This document shows, piece by piece, positions 56,674 to 64,000 of a stretch of 64,000 nt of DNA. Location: contig JAQBHB010000002.1 of assembly GCA_032128115.1 (NCBI GenBank), positions 1-64,000 on the forward strand. Direction: 5' to 3'. Numbering within the stretch: the stretch's first letter is position 1; every line of letters starts with the position of its first letter. The translations under genes and the position numbers were made by a program. The notes below the pieces were generated by a model that saw only the letters and a list, made by a program, of their open reading frames with translations, made no database searches and was not told the origin of the DNA. Source of the stretch: Deltaproteobacteria bacterium. Lineage in GTDB: Bacteria; Myxococcota_A; UBA9160; SMWR01.

Positions 56674-59600
56674 GAAAGCCTCCGAGGCGTCCGCGCATGC
56701 GGCGACTGCAGAGCAGCACCAGGAGGGCCAGCATGATCTCGGGTCCTCCCAGGCCGCAGTAGCTGCCCGAGAATCCGAGTGGACCCCCTCCACCCGAGCC
56801 GGGCCCGATGTCGGGGCTCGATCCCGATTCCGATCCCAATCCCTCGCCCTGCTCCGCAAGATCGGCCTCGACGGCCCTCCTCAGGTTGTCGACCGCCAGG
56901 ACCCAGGCCCCGACTGCGGCCAGCAACACGGGAGTGCCCACCACGGGAGGGGCAAACCAGGCAGCCGCCATGGCGCCAGTGAGGGCCACCGAGGCGACAC
57001 CCAGCTCGATCGCGGCCCTTTCCACGGCGGCGCCCGTGTTGGGCTGGGATTGCGCGCCTTCCGGATCCCAGAACCAGATGGGGTTGCCAAGGGTATAGGC
57101 ATAGGTGTTTACCCAGTTGAAACGGGCATCGGGGGACAGGAAGCGACCGACGGCGGGATCGTAGACGCGCTCGCCGAGCAGCATGACGTCGCCGATCTCG
57201 GCGCCGCCGGCGAAGCTCACGCGCTCGGCCTCGCCGCCCACGAGTTCGGCATCGACACCGTACGGGTGGTAGCGGAAATGCTGCACGACCCGGCCCTCGG
57301 CATCAGTGACGAAGCTCACGTTGCGGCGGAAGTCGAAGTGGCGGTAGCGGGGGTCGTCGGCGCCCAGCCGGATCGAAACCGCGCCCAGGTCCAGCACACC
57401 GGCGTCGGTGACCCGGCCGCCGAAGAGCGTCCACGACTGGACGACGCCCGCGGCCGACCACGAGACCGGCCGTCCCAGCAGATCCCATCCGAACCCGTCG
57501 TCGCCGATGGAGGCGATCCTTCCGTCGGCCGTCCACGTGATTGGCAGGCCATTGCGCGAGGTGACGAACCCGGCCTCGTCATAACCGTAGCTGTAGACGG
57601 TGTCGGGACCTTCACAATGGGACAGCACCGCCCGGAGCAGGCGGCTTCCCTCGCTGTCGTAGTCGAACTCCCGGCGGTTCCCGCAGCCGTCGGCATCGGC
57701 GTCGACCTGGTTGCCGCGTTCGTCGTAGGCGTAGACACGGTCGGGGTCGACACCGTTGGCGTAGGAGAACACGCGGGGGGCCGCCGTACCCACGGGACCC
57801 AACCGGTAGACTTCATCCGCCACGCGAGTGGCGGCCCCATGAGTCGTGGTGGAACTCGTGATCTCCCAGTACGGGCTGCCCGACACCGGAACCACTCCCT
57901 GCCTCGCCAAGGTCGACTCGGCGATCCGGTTTCCCCACGCATCCAGCGTCTCGCTGGCCAGCAGATCGCCGGATTCCACCTCGTATTCGAAGGCGCGAAC
58001 CAGACCGTTCCCGTAGCGGATCTCGCGCAGCTGCCCCGCTGCGAACTCGCGCTCCAGGAGCAGGTTGCCCTGGTGCGTGACCCGGATCTCCCGGTCGGCG
58101 AGATCGTAGCCGCGGGCCACGTCTTCGTCGGGCCGTCCGGGTATCCGCCAGGTCTCGAGCACCACGCGCGAGCGCAGGTCGTATTCCACGTCGAGCACCT
58201 CGCCAGACGGATACGTGGTGCGCGCGCGCCGACCCGCGAGATCGTATTCGTAGACTTCGCTGCCGCCGCGCACCGAGTCGTAGTACTCGCGCAGCTCGCC
58301 CCCGACCCAGGTGAAGTGGGCCTCCCCCTCCACGACGCCGTGACGCAGGATGCGCCTCGCCACCACGCGGTCCGCCGCGTCATGGTCCATCTCGATCCGC
58401 ATGCCATTGGCGCGCTCCATGGCGGTGGGATTGCCCGAGAGATCGTACTCGAAGTGCGTGTCGCGCCAGACGCCATCGACGATCTCGCTCAGGCGCTCGA
58501 GACGCCCCAGGGCGTCATGCTGCATCTCGTGGTGGGCGCCGCCCGGGCGCGTCACACGCAACACCTTGCCGTCACCGCCTCTGACGATGTCCACCGAGCC
58601 CGTCGCCGAGATCTCGCCCTCCACGTCTGTGGCGAACAGCCCGATCGAGGCCAGGTTTCCGTCGCCGTCGTGGCCTCGGATTCCAATACCGCCCTCGACG
58701 AGCACGAGAGAATCCCCGAAGCCGCTGGTCTGGTTGCCGGCGGCGTCGAATCCCCGATCCTGGGTGACGTCGGCGCGCATGATTTCGGTGGGTCGGCCGT
58801 TCGCCCCGCGTCCATCGAAGCGGATGCGCACCCCGCTGGGAAGCGTCACGTCCCTCACTTCGCCGTGGTCGTAGGGCGGGAGGCACGCCTCCCCGCCCTG
58901 GCAGTAGCCCGCCAGGTAGCTGAGGGTGATCTGCTCGCCTTCGCCGTTGCGGGTCCGGAACAGACGTCCGAGTGGTTGGTAGCCGTGCTCGGACACCAAT
59001 CCCAGCGAATCGGAGATCTGGCTGCGCGGCGTGGCGAAGGCGTCGAAGGGATTGAGCCCGTGGCGAGCGTAACTCATGTGCACGACGTTGCCGGACGGGA
59101 GGATCTCGGTCTCGATCTCGTCCTGTTCCCAGGTCCAGCGCGTCACCGCCCCGTTCGGGTCCACGCGGAGCACCGGGTTGCGCCCTTGCCAGGTGTGGGC
59201 CACCACGTCCCCGGTCTCCGCGTTCTCCGACCGCACCAGACGTCGCTCCCGGTCATAGCGCAGATGAATCCGATGACCGCGCGGCGAGAGCACGATCGTC
59301 CGGTAGGTCCCGTCGGAGGCCTCCCCGGTGTAGGCAAACGAGTGGGTCGGGCTGCCTGTCGCCGCATCACCGACTTGCACCACGCGGGAGATGCGCTTCG
59401 AGGCGACCTGATAGGCGTACTCGACGCGCTGGCCTTCGCAGCCGATCTGGGCCACCAGCAGGCCTCCGTCGTATTCGTACCGGGTGCCGTCGAGACCCGC
59501 TTCGATCTCGGCGGGGCTCCGGGCGCGCAGCAATCGGCCGACCGCATCGAATTCGAAGCGGGCAGTGCGCGCGGAGGAGGCGGATTCGATGGACGACACC

Positions 59601-60226
59601 CCGTGGGTGTCGTACACGACGTGGAAGAGGTCGTCGCAGACCTCGACCCCCTTGTGAGCATCGCACTGACGGATGAGTGTGGTGCGGGAATCACCCACGA
59701 ACTCGAGGCGCGGCCACGGTTCGGTCACGCGGCGCAGGACGCGAAGGCGCCCAGCGGCGTCGAACTCGTGGAGGATTCCGCCCTTCGACTTCAATCGGGT
59801 GGCGTCGATCACGACCCAGACCGTGCCGGGGATGACGGCGCCCTCGGGCACGCCCGTCAGGTCGTGGCTTGCGCCCGTGGCGGCCACGAAGGTCGCTCCG
59901 TCGTAGCTCACATCGAACGACCAGAGCCAGCTTCCGGTAGCCGAATTGTAGGCCGCGCCAACGGCAAACTCGCCAAGCAGGGTGGCCTGGCGGATCCCTT
60001 CCCTCGCGACATAGAGATTGCCACCGGCCGCATTCACGAGGCCGCCAGGCACCGGAACCGCCGCGAAACGCTGGTAGTACGGAATGCCGGCCGAGGGCGC
60101 GAGCGGTGGATTCTCCGTGGGACATCCGAGCGACGCCACGACCAGCACGAGCCAGGGGACGAGCGCAGCCCTTGCGATCCGGACGCCGGCCCGAGGCGTG
60201 CGAGCGATTCGGGTTGCGTGTCTCAT
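56666..60226 (-). CDS. RHS/YD-repeat protein with lipoprotein-like signal and C-terminal membrane tail
   Basis: LVVASLGC, DUF6531-like VNAAGGNL...YNS, many YD..G repeats, RVYDPAVGRFLSPD...YAY..GNPIWFWDPEG core; RBS GGAGGA. Confidence 0.9.
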   Translation of the reverse strand: MRHATRIARTPRAGVRIARAALVPWLVLVVASLGCPTENPPLAPSAGIPYYQRFAAVPVPGGLVNAAGGNLYVAREGIRQATLLGEFAVGAAYNSATGSWLWSFDVSYDGATFVAATGASHDLTGVPEGAVIPGTVWVVIDATRLKSKGGILHEFDAAGRLRVLRRVTEPWPRLEFVGDSRTTLIRQCDAHKGVEVCDDLFHVVYDTHGVSSIESASSARTARFEFDAVGRLLRARSPAEIEAGLDGTRYEYDGGLLVAQIGCEGQRVEYAYQVASKRISRVVQVGDAATGSPTHSFAYTGEASDGTYRTIVLSPRGHRIHLRYDRERRLVRSENAETGDVVAHTWQGRNPVLRVDPNGAVTRWTWEQDEIETEILPSGNVVHMSYARHGLNPFDAFATPRSQISDSLGLVSEHGYQPLGRLFRTRNGEGEQITLSYLAGYCQGGEACLPPYDHGEVRDVTLPSGVRIRFDGRGANGRPTEIMRADVTQDRGFDAAGNQTSGFGDSLVLVEGGIGIRGHDGDGNLASIGLFATDVEGEISATGSVDIVRGGDGKVLRVTRPGGAHHEMQHDALGRLERLSEIVDGVWRDTHFEYDLSGNPTAMERANGMRIEMDHDAADRVVARRILRHGVVEGEAHFTWVGGELREYYDSVRGGSEVYEYDLAGRRARTTYPSGEVLDVEYDLRSRVVLETWRIPGRPDEDVARGYDLADREIRVTHQGNLLLEREFAAGQLREIRYGNGLVRAFEYEVESGDLLASETLDAWGNRIAESTLARQGVVPVSGSPYWEITSSTTTHGAATRVADEVYRLGPVGTAAPRVFSYANGVDPDRVYAYDERGNQVDADADGCGNRREFDYDSEGSRLLRAVLSHCEGPDTVYSYGYDEAGFVTSRNGLPITWTADGRIASIGDDGFGWDLLGRPVSWSAAGVVQSWTLFGGRVTDAGVLDLGAVSIRLGADDPRYRHFDFRRNVSFVTDAEGRVVQHFRYHPYGVDAELVGGEAERVSFAGGAEIGDVMLLGERVYDPAVGRFLSPDARFNWVNTYAYTLGNPIWFWDPEGAQSQPNTGAAVERAAIELGVASVALTGAMAAAWFAPPVVGTPVLLAAVGAWVLAVDNLRRAVEADLAEQGEGLGSESGSSPDIGPGSGGGGPLGFSGSYCGLGGPEIMLALLVLLCSRRMRGRLGGFHV

Positions 60227-60281
60227 CTGCGTGTCCTCCGGGGCAACCGGAGTGATGCAGTCACCCCGGGCAGAGCACAGG

Positions 60282-60297
60282 AGCAATGTCCGTGCCA
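60282..60297 (-). promoter_or_regulatory. Sigma54 (-24/-12) promoter of the rhs gene
   Basis: TGGCACG-GACA-TTGCT, an exact match to TGGCACG-N4-TTGCW, 55 nt upstream of the ATG. Confidence 0.8.
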
Positions 60298-60574
60298 GCT
60301 GCCGGAGAGCGGAAAGACACGAAATCGGGTGGGAGTTCGATACGCGGATCAGACGCTCACGCCGCGCCGGCGGCCGCTCTGGGCGCGGGAGAGCGTTCAG
60401 CGCCGAAACGACTGCGTCCGCCGCCGGCCGGGAGTGTTCGGCTTCCGGGTTCCCGGGACGCAGCGCAGATCACGACGTGCGGGACGACGACAGCGTTCCC
60501 GGCGTCGTCGGGTTCTCGCAGCGGCCATCGACTCGAGTTCACGCGACCCGGATTCGCGGTAAGCTGCCGCGCCC

Positions 60575-61291
60575 ATGGAATTCGAGAGCTGGCAGCAGTT
60601 CTACCAGAGCGATCTGCAGGGGTTCACCTCGCTGATCGTCGTGCCGGCTTTCTTCCTGGTCTATCTCCTGGCCGGGCGCGGCCCGCGCGAACGGGCGGGC
60701 GGATCGGACGAGGCGCGTTTCGTCCGGACCTATGCCCTGGTGTTCTGCGCGGAGACGATCCTCGACCCCCTGTTCACGGGTCCGCTGACGAAGGCCCTCG
60801 AGCTCGGGGACACAGCCGCCTCGGCGGTCATGATCCCCTTCGTCCTGCTCGGCGACTTTCGCGTGCTGCTGCCCGTGTTCTTTCTCGCCCGCGTGGGCGC
60901 GGGACACGGGCAACGCGTCGGACGCGCAGCCGGTCTGACGCTTCTGGTGCCGGCCTTCGCCGTCAGCGTCGATGCGGCGATCGGCTGGCTCCGCCCGGAT
61001 CTCGAAGCGCAGTTCCTGTGGATCGCCTACGAGCTGGCCTTCCTGGTCCTGGCCCTCGCATTGCGCCACCGCTTCGTCCCGCGCTGGACTGCCGATCGGC
61101 CCGATCTCGGACGTCGCCTGCGCGCACTGCTCGCGTACGCGGCGACCTACTACGCCCTCTGGGCCGCGTCGGATCTGCTGATCTTCCACGCCGGCGTCGA
61201 CGCCGGCTGGCTCTTGCGAGCGCTCCCCAACCAGCTCTACTACGCCTTCTGGGTTCCCTTTGCGTACTGGACGCTCTCGCGCGAGCTCTAG
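60575..61291 (+). CDS. Hypothetical polytopic membrane protein (about 7 TM)
   Basis: Alternating hydrophobic segments; motifs FVLLGDFR and PNQLYY. Confidence 0.75.
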   Translation: MEFESWQQFYQSDLQGFTSLIVVPAFFLVYLLAGRGPRERAGGSDEARFVRTYALVFCAETILDPLFTGPLTKALELGDTAASAVMIPFVLLGDFRVLLPVFFLARVGAGHGQRVGRAAGLTLLVPAFAVSVDAAIGWLRPDLEAQFLWIAYELAFLVLALALRHRFVPRWTADRPDLGRRLRALLAYAATYYALWAASDLLIFHAGVDAGWLLRALPNQLYYAFWVPFAYWTLSREL

Positions 61292-62142
61292 TGCGCGACG
61301 GGCCCGGGGCCCGGATCGCGCTTGCGGGTCTTCATCGCCTCGAAGTAGGCAACGATCGCGTCGAGCTGGCCATCCGTCAGGTGCCGGTGGGCCGGCATGG
61401 TCGTGTAGCGAAAGCTCTGGGGATCCCGGACGAAGGCCTTGATCTGATCCGCCGGACGGTACTCGACGATGCTGCGGGGCACGTTCAGGTCCGGGCCGAT
61501 CTTTCCGCCCTCCCCGTTCACGGCGTGACAGGCCACGCATTCGCTGCGGAAGATCGCGAAGCCCGACCAGGCCGGGTCCTCCGAGGGCACGCCCCGGGGC
61601 AGCGTGTGCGGGTACTCCGAGTCGAATGCGGCGATCTCGATGCTGGCCAGCTGGAACGGCCAGGGGTAGCGGTTCGTGTCGTTCTGGCCCGGGCGCGACC
61701 AGATCATGTAGAAGGGGCCCGGATCCAGCTGCCGGCGATCGATGGGCTCCCAGCTGCCGTCGTCGCGTTCGGCGTCCGCGATCGCCAGGTATCCGCCCGC
61801 TTCCAGCAGCCGCGCCCCGGCCGCGGGCCTCGTGTAGCCGTCGAGAGCGCGCAGGAAGAAGTTCTGGTCGCCCATTTGCGTCACGGATTCACCGAAGCCC
61901 AGCACGAGTACGCTGCGCAGCGGGCAGGCCAGGAAGTCCTTGGGGCGGCCGTAGTAGGGATCGTCCACCTGGATGCGGGTGGGAGTGCAGGCCGACTCGA
62001 TGGCGGCGCGATCCAATTCAGCAACCGTCTCGCCGTTGCGCTTGAATCGCAGCACGCCATCCGACGCGTTCGCCGCAGCGGCCGTCGTACTCGCAGCGAG
62101 CCACACGGCGGCCAGGACCGGAACGAGAGCCGTTGCGCGCAT
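61288..62142 (-). CDS. Secreted c-type cytochrome with molybdopterin-oxidoreductase-like N-terminal domain
   Basis: Signal peptide; ALDGY, PGPFYMIW, WPFQL; CVACH heme motif, GPDL, MP axial Met. Confidence 0.8.
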   Translation of the reverse strand: MRATALVPVLAAVWLAASTTAAAANASDGVLRFKRNGETVAELDRAAIESACTPTRIQVDDPYYGRPKDFLACPLRSVLVLGFGESVTQMGDQNFFLRALDGYTRPAAGARLLEAGGYLAIADAERDDGSWEPIDRRQLDPGPFYMIWSRPGQNDTNRYPWPFQLASIEIAAFDSEYPHTLPRGVPSEDPAWSGFAIFRSECVACHAVNGEGGKIGPDLNVPRSIVEYRPADQIKAFVRDPQSFRYTTMPAHRHLTDGQLDAIVAYFEAMKTRKRDPGPGPVAH

Positions 62143-62175
62143 GGGGAGCGCGAGCATACCGCGTCGGATCGCGCG

Positions 62176-63054
62176 TCAGTCCCGCGCGCGACGGATCACC
62201 ACCAGACGGCCGAGCAACTCGCGCGGAGGATCCTCTTCGAGCACGCGCAGCTCGATGCGGGGCCCCACGCCCTGCACCAGGCGCGGGCCCGACGCCGTCT
62301 CGACGAACCCCTTGGTGCGCAGGGCCCCCAGCCCGCGCAGACGTTCGCAGAGCTCGTCGGCATCCACGCCAGGCTCGATGGCCAGCTCCGTGGCCTCGTA
62401 GGCCTCGTGATCGTGGGGCCGCGGCGTGGCGCTGCGTCGGCGTTTGCGAAGGCCCTCCGGGTCCGGCGGAAACAACAGGTCGGGATCGATCTCCCCGTGA
62501 ACACTGTGCAGCAGCGGCGCATCGGGCTCGATCTCCCGCAAGCGGGCCTCGACCCGTTCGAGATCCCCGGGCGTCACCAGATCCGTGCGATTCACGAGCA
62601 GCAGGTCGGCGGATGAGACCTGCTGGCTGAAGGTGGCGTCGAGATCGCGACCCTCGGCCACCTGATCCGCCGCCACCACCACCACGGCCACGTCGTCGTC
62701 CACCCACTCGGACACCGGTTCGCGCCAGAAGTTCATCTGCACGTCGAAGGGAAATGCCACGCCCGACGTCTCGACGATCACCCGATCGGGCCGCACCCGC
62801 TCCCACAACATCTGCAACGTATCCACGAGTTCGTCCGAGAGCCTGCAACAGACGCAGCCGCCCGCGATCTCGGCATAGGCCTCGTCCCACTGGCCCAACA
62901 GGGCCTGGTCGATGCCCAGCTCGCCGAACTCGTTGGAGATCACCGCCACGCGCTGGCCCTGGCGCTGCGACTCCGCAAGGATGTGGCGCACCAGCGTCGT
63001 CTTGCCCGAGCCCAGGAAACCCGACACCACCAGCGCAGGGATGCGATCCCTCAT
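62176..63054 (-). CDS. CobW/COG0523 P-loop GTPase metallochaperone
   Basis: SGFLGSGKTT, NEFGE, GGCVCC, ETSGVA, NRTD, LRTKG. Confidence 0.92.
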   Translation of the reverse strand: MRDRIPALVVSGFLGSGKTTLVRHILAESQRQGQRVAVISNEFGELGIDQALLGQWDEAYAEIAGGCVCCRLSDELVDTLQMLWERVRPDRVIVETSGVAFPFDVQMNFWREPVSEWVDDDVAVVVVAADQVAEGRDLDATFSQQVSSADLLLVNRTDLVTPGDLERVEARLREIEPDAPLLHSVHGEIDPDLLFPPDPEGLRKRRRSATPRPHDHEAYEATELAIEPGVDADELCERLRGLGALRTKGFVETASGPRLVQGVGPRIELRVLEEDPPRELLGRLVVIRRARD

Positions 63055-63899
63055 GCGTCCAGGTCACCCTGATTCGGGTCGCGAACCGGCTCGGTGCGGA
63101 GTTCCGCATACACCCCCAGGTGATCGCTGGGCCAGACTCCCTCCTTTTCGTCGTTGCAGACGATGCTGCAGTGAACGATCTGGCCCACGCCCGCCGCTCG
63201 CGGAAGCCCCGCGAAGATGTAGTCGATGCGCCGGTCGGGCTCGAATTCGGCGCGCGCATACGGATTGCGGTTCGACCAGGTATGACCGGGACCCTCGGCC
63301 CCCGCCACCCGCCAGGCGTCGAGGAAGCACACGCTGCGTCCCTCGAGGGATTGCAGGCCAGTTACGTATCGGATCTCGGCCGAGTCGGGCTCGGCGTTGA
63401 AGTCGCCCACCAACAGCGGGGGAAAGCCCTCCCGCGGCCGGCGCCGCAGGGCCAGGTCGCACACCGCCGCCACCTGCTTCTCGCGGATCGCCCCCTGCTC
63501 GAACTTCCAGTTCAGGTGGGTGCAGGTGAGACCCACCGGCCCGAAGGGAGCGTCGATCGTCACCGAGATGGCGGCCCGCTTCTCGCCGTCGCCCCGGTCC
63601 GGGAGGCGAAGGGCCTCGCGATCCGCGATGGGCCAGCGGCTGGCCACCGCGTTTCCCACCCGGCCGACCCGGTCCTCCCGGCCCAGGTGCCAGAAGGGCG
63701 ACGCCGCCACGGCGGCGATCTGATAACCGCGCGCCGCGAGCAGCTCCGCCACCGGGTCGCGGTCGGGCCAACGCACGGCCTCCTGGAGACCGATCAGATC
63801 GGGCTCCAGGCGATCGATCCACTCCGCGATGCCGCGGGCCCGCTGGGCATACGGCCCCGCCTCGTTCCAGAGATTGAGTGTCAGAACCGACAGCGTCAC
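63051..63899 (-). CDS. Endonuclease/exonuclease/phosphatase family protein
   Basis: TLNLW, LQE, THL, GDFNA, RIDYIF, SDH; GTG start after AAGGGG. Confidence 0.92.
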   Translation of the reverse strand: MTLSVLTLNLWNEAGPYAQRARGIAEWIDRLEPDLIGLQEAVRWPDRDPVAELLAARGYQIAAVAASPFWHLGREDRVGRVGNAVASRWPIADREALRLPDRGDGEKRAAISVTIDAPFGPVGLTCTHLNWKFEQGAIREKQVAAVCDLALRRRPREGFPPLLVGDFNAEPDSAEIRYVTGLQSLEGRSVCFLDAWRVAGAEGPGHTWSNRNPYARAEFEPDRRIDYIFAGLPRAAGVGQIVHCSIVCNDEKEGVWPSDHLGVYAELRTEPVRDPNQGDLDA

Positions 63900-64000
63900 C
63901 GCGGCCCCCTTCTGCGTGCTGCGTCCAGCAGGGGCGATACTGCAGCCTTGGGGGCGCTCTCGGGGGCTCATGACCTGCAGTTTGACAGATTTCCGGAGAC

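Noticed and set aside
56651..60562. 1303-aa plus-strand ORF
   Set aside because: Antisense shadow of the rhs gene, which carries the recognisable motifs.

Overview
Very GC-rich (about 70% by eye) bacterial chromosomal segment. A sigma54 promoter, a Cys-Gly/TM/Arg C-terminal tail and many lipid-catabolic enzymes suggest a Myxococcota-like organism (inference). About 59 densely packed CDSs were found; no rRNA, tRNA, CRISPR array, transposase or integrase was seen. Most genes are housekeeping or lipid metabolism (ETF-QO, SppA, class II RNR NrdJ, F420 reductase, acyl-CoA dehydrogenase, NagZ, Aat, Ino1, PEPCK, TesB, CysE, Nth, DUF3516 helicase, CobW). Two loci stand out. (1) 18035-30368 (-): a translationally coupled 10-gene type II fatty-acid/lipid operon (enoyl reductase, KAS III, FabA, FabZ, FabF, NS-motif ACP, acyltransferase, PPTase, a 1867-aa eukaryote-like single-chain acetyl-CoA carboxylase, TetR), with two TGAC-N5-GTCA operators at its promoter. 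(2) 56365-60297 (-): an Rhs protein behind a consensus sigma54 promoter, with an N-terminal lipoprotein-like signal and, after the DPxG cleavage site, a hydrophobic hairpin ending in a CGLG-TM-RR sorting-like tail; a small 3-TM candidate immunity gene overlaps its stop. Also noted: a candidate ~110-nt sRNA upstream of nrdJ, apparently widespread leaderless genes, short tandem duplications at gene boundaries, two probable homopolymer frameshifts and a GST gene with a probable ACG start.
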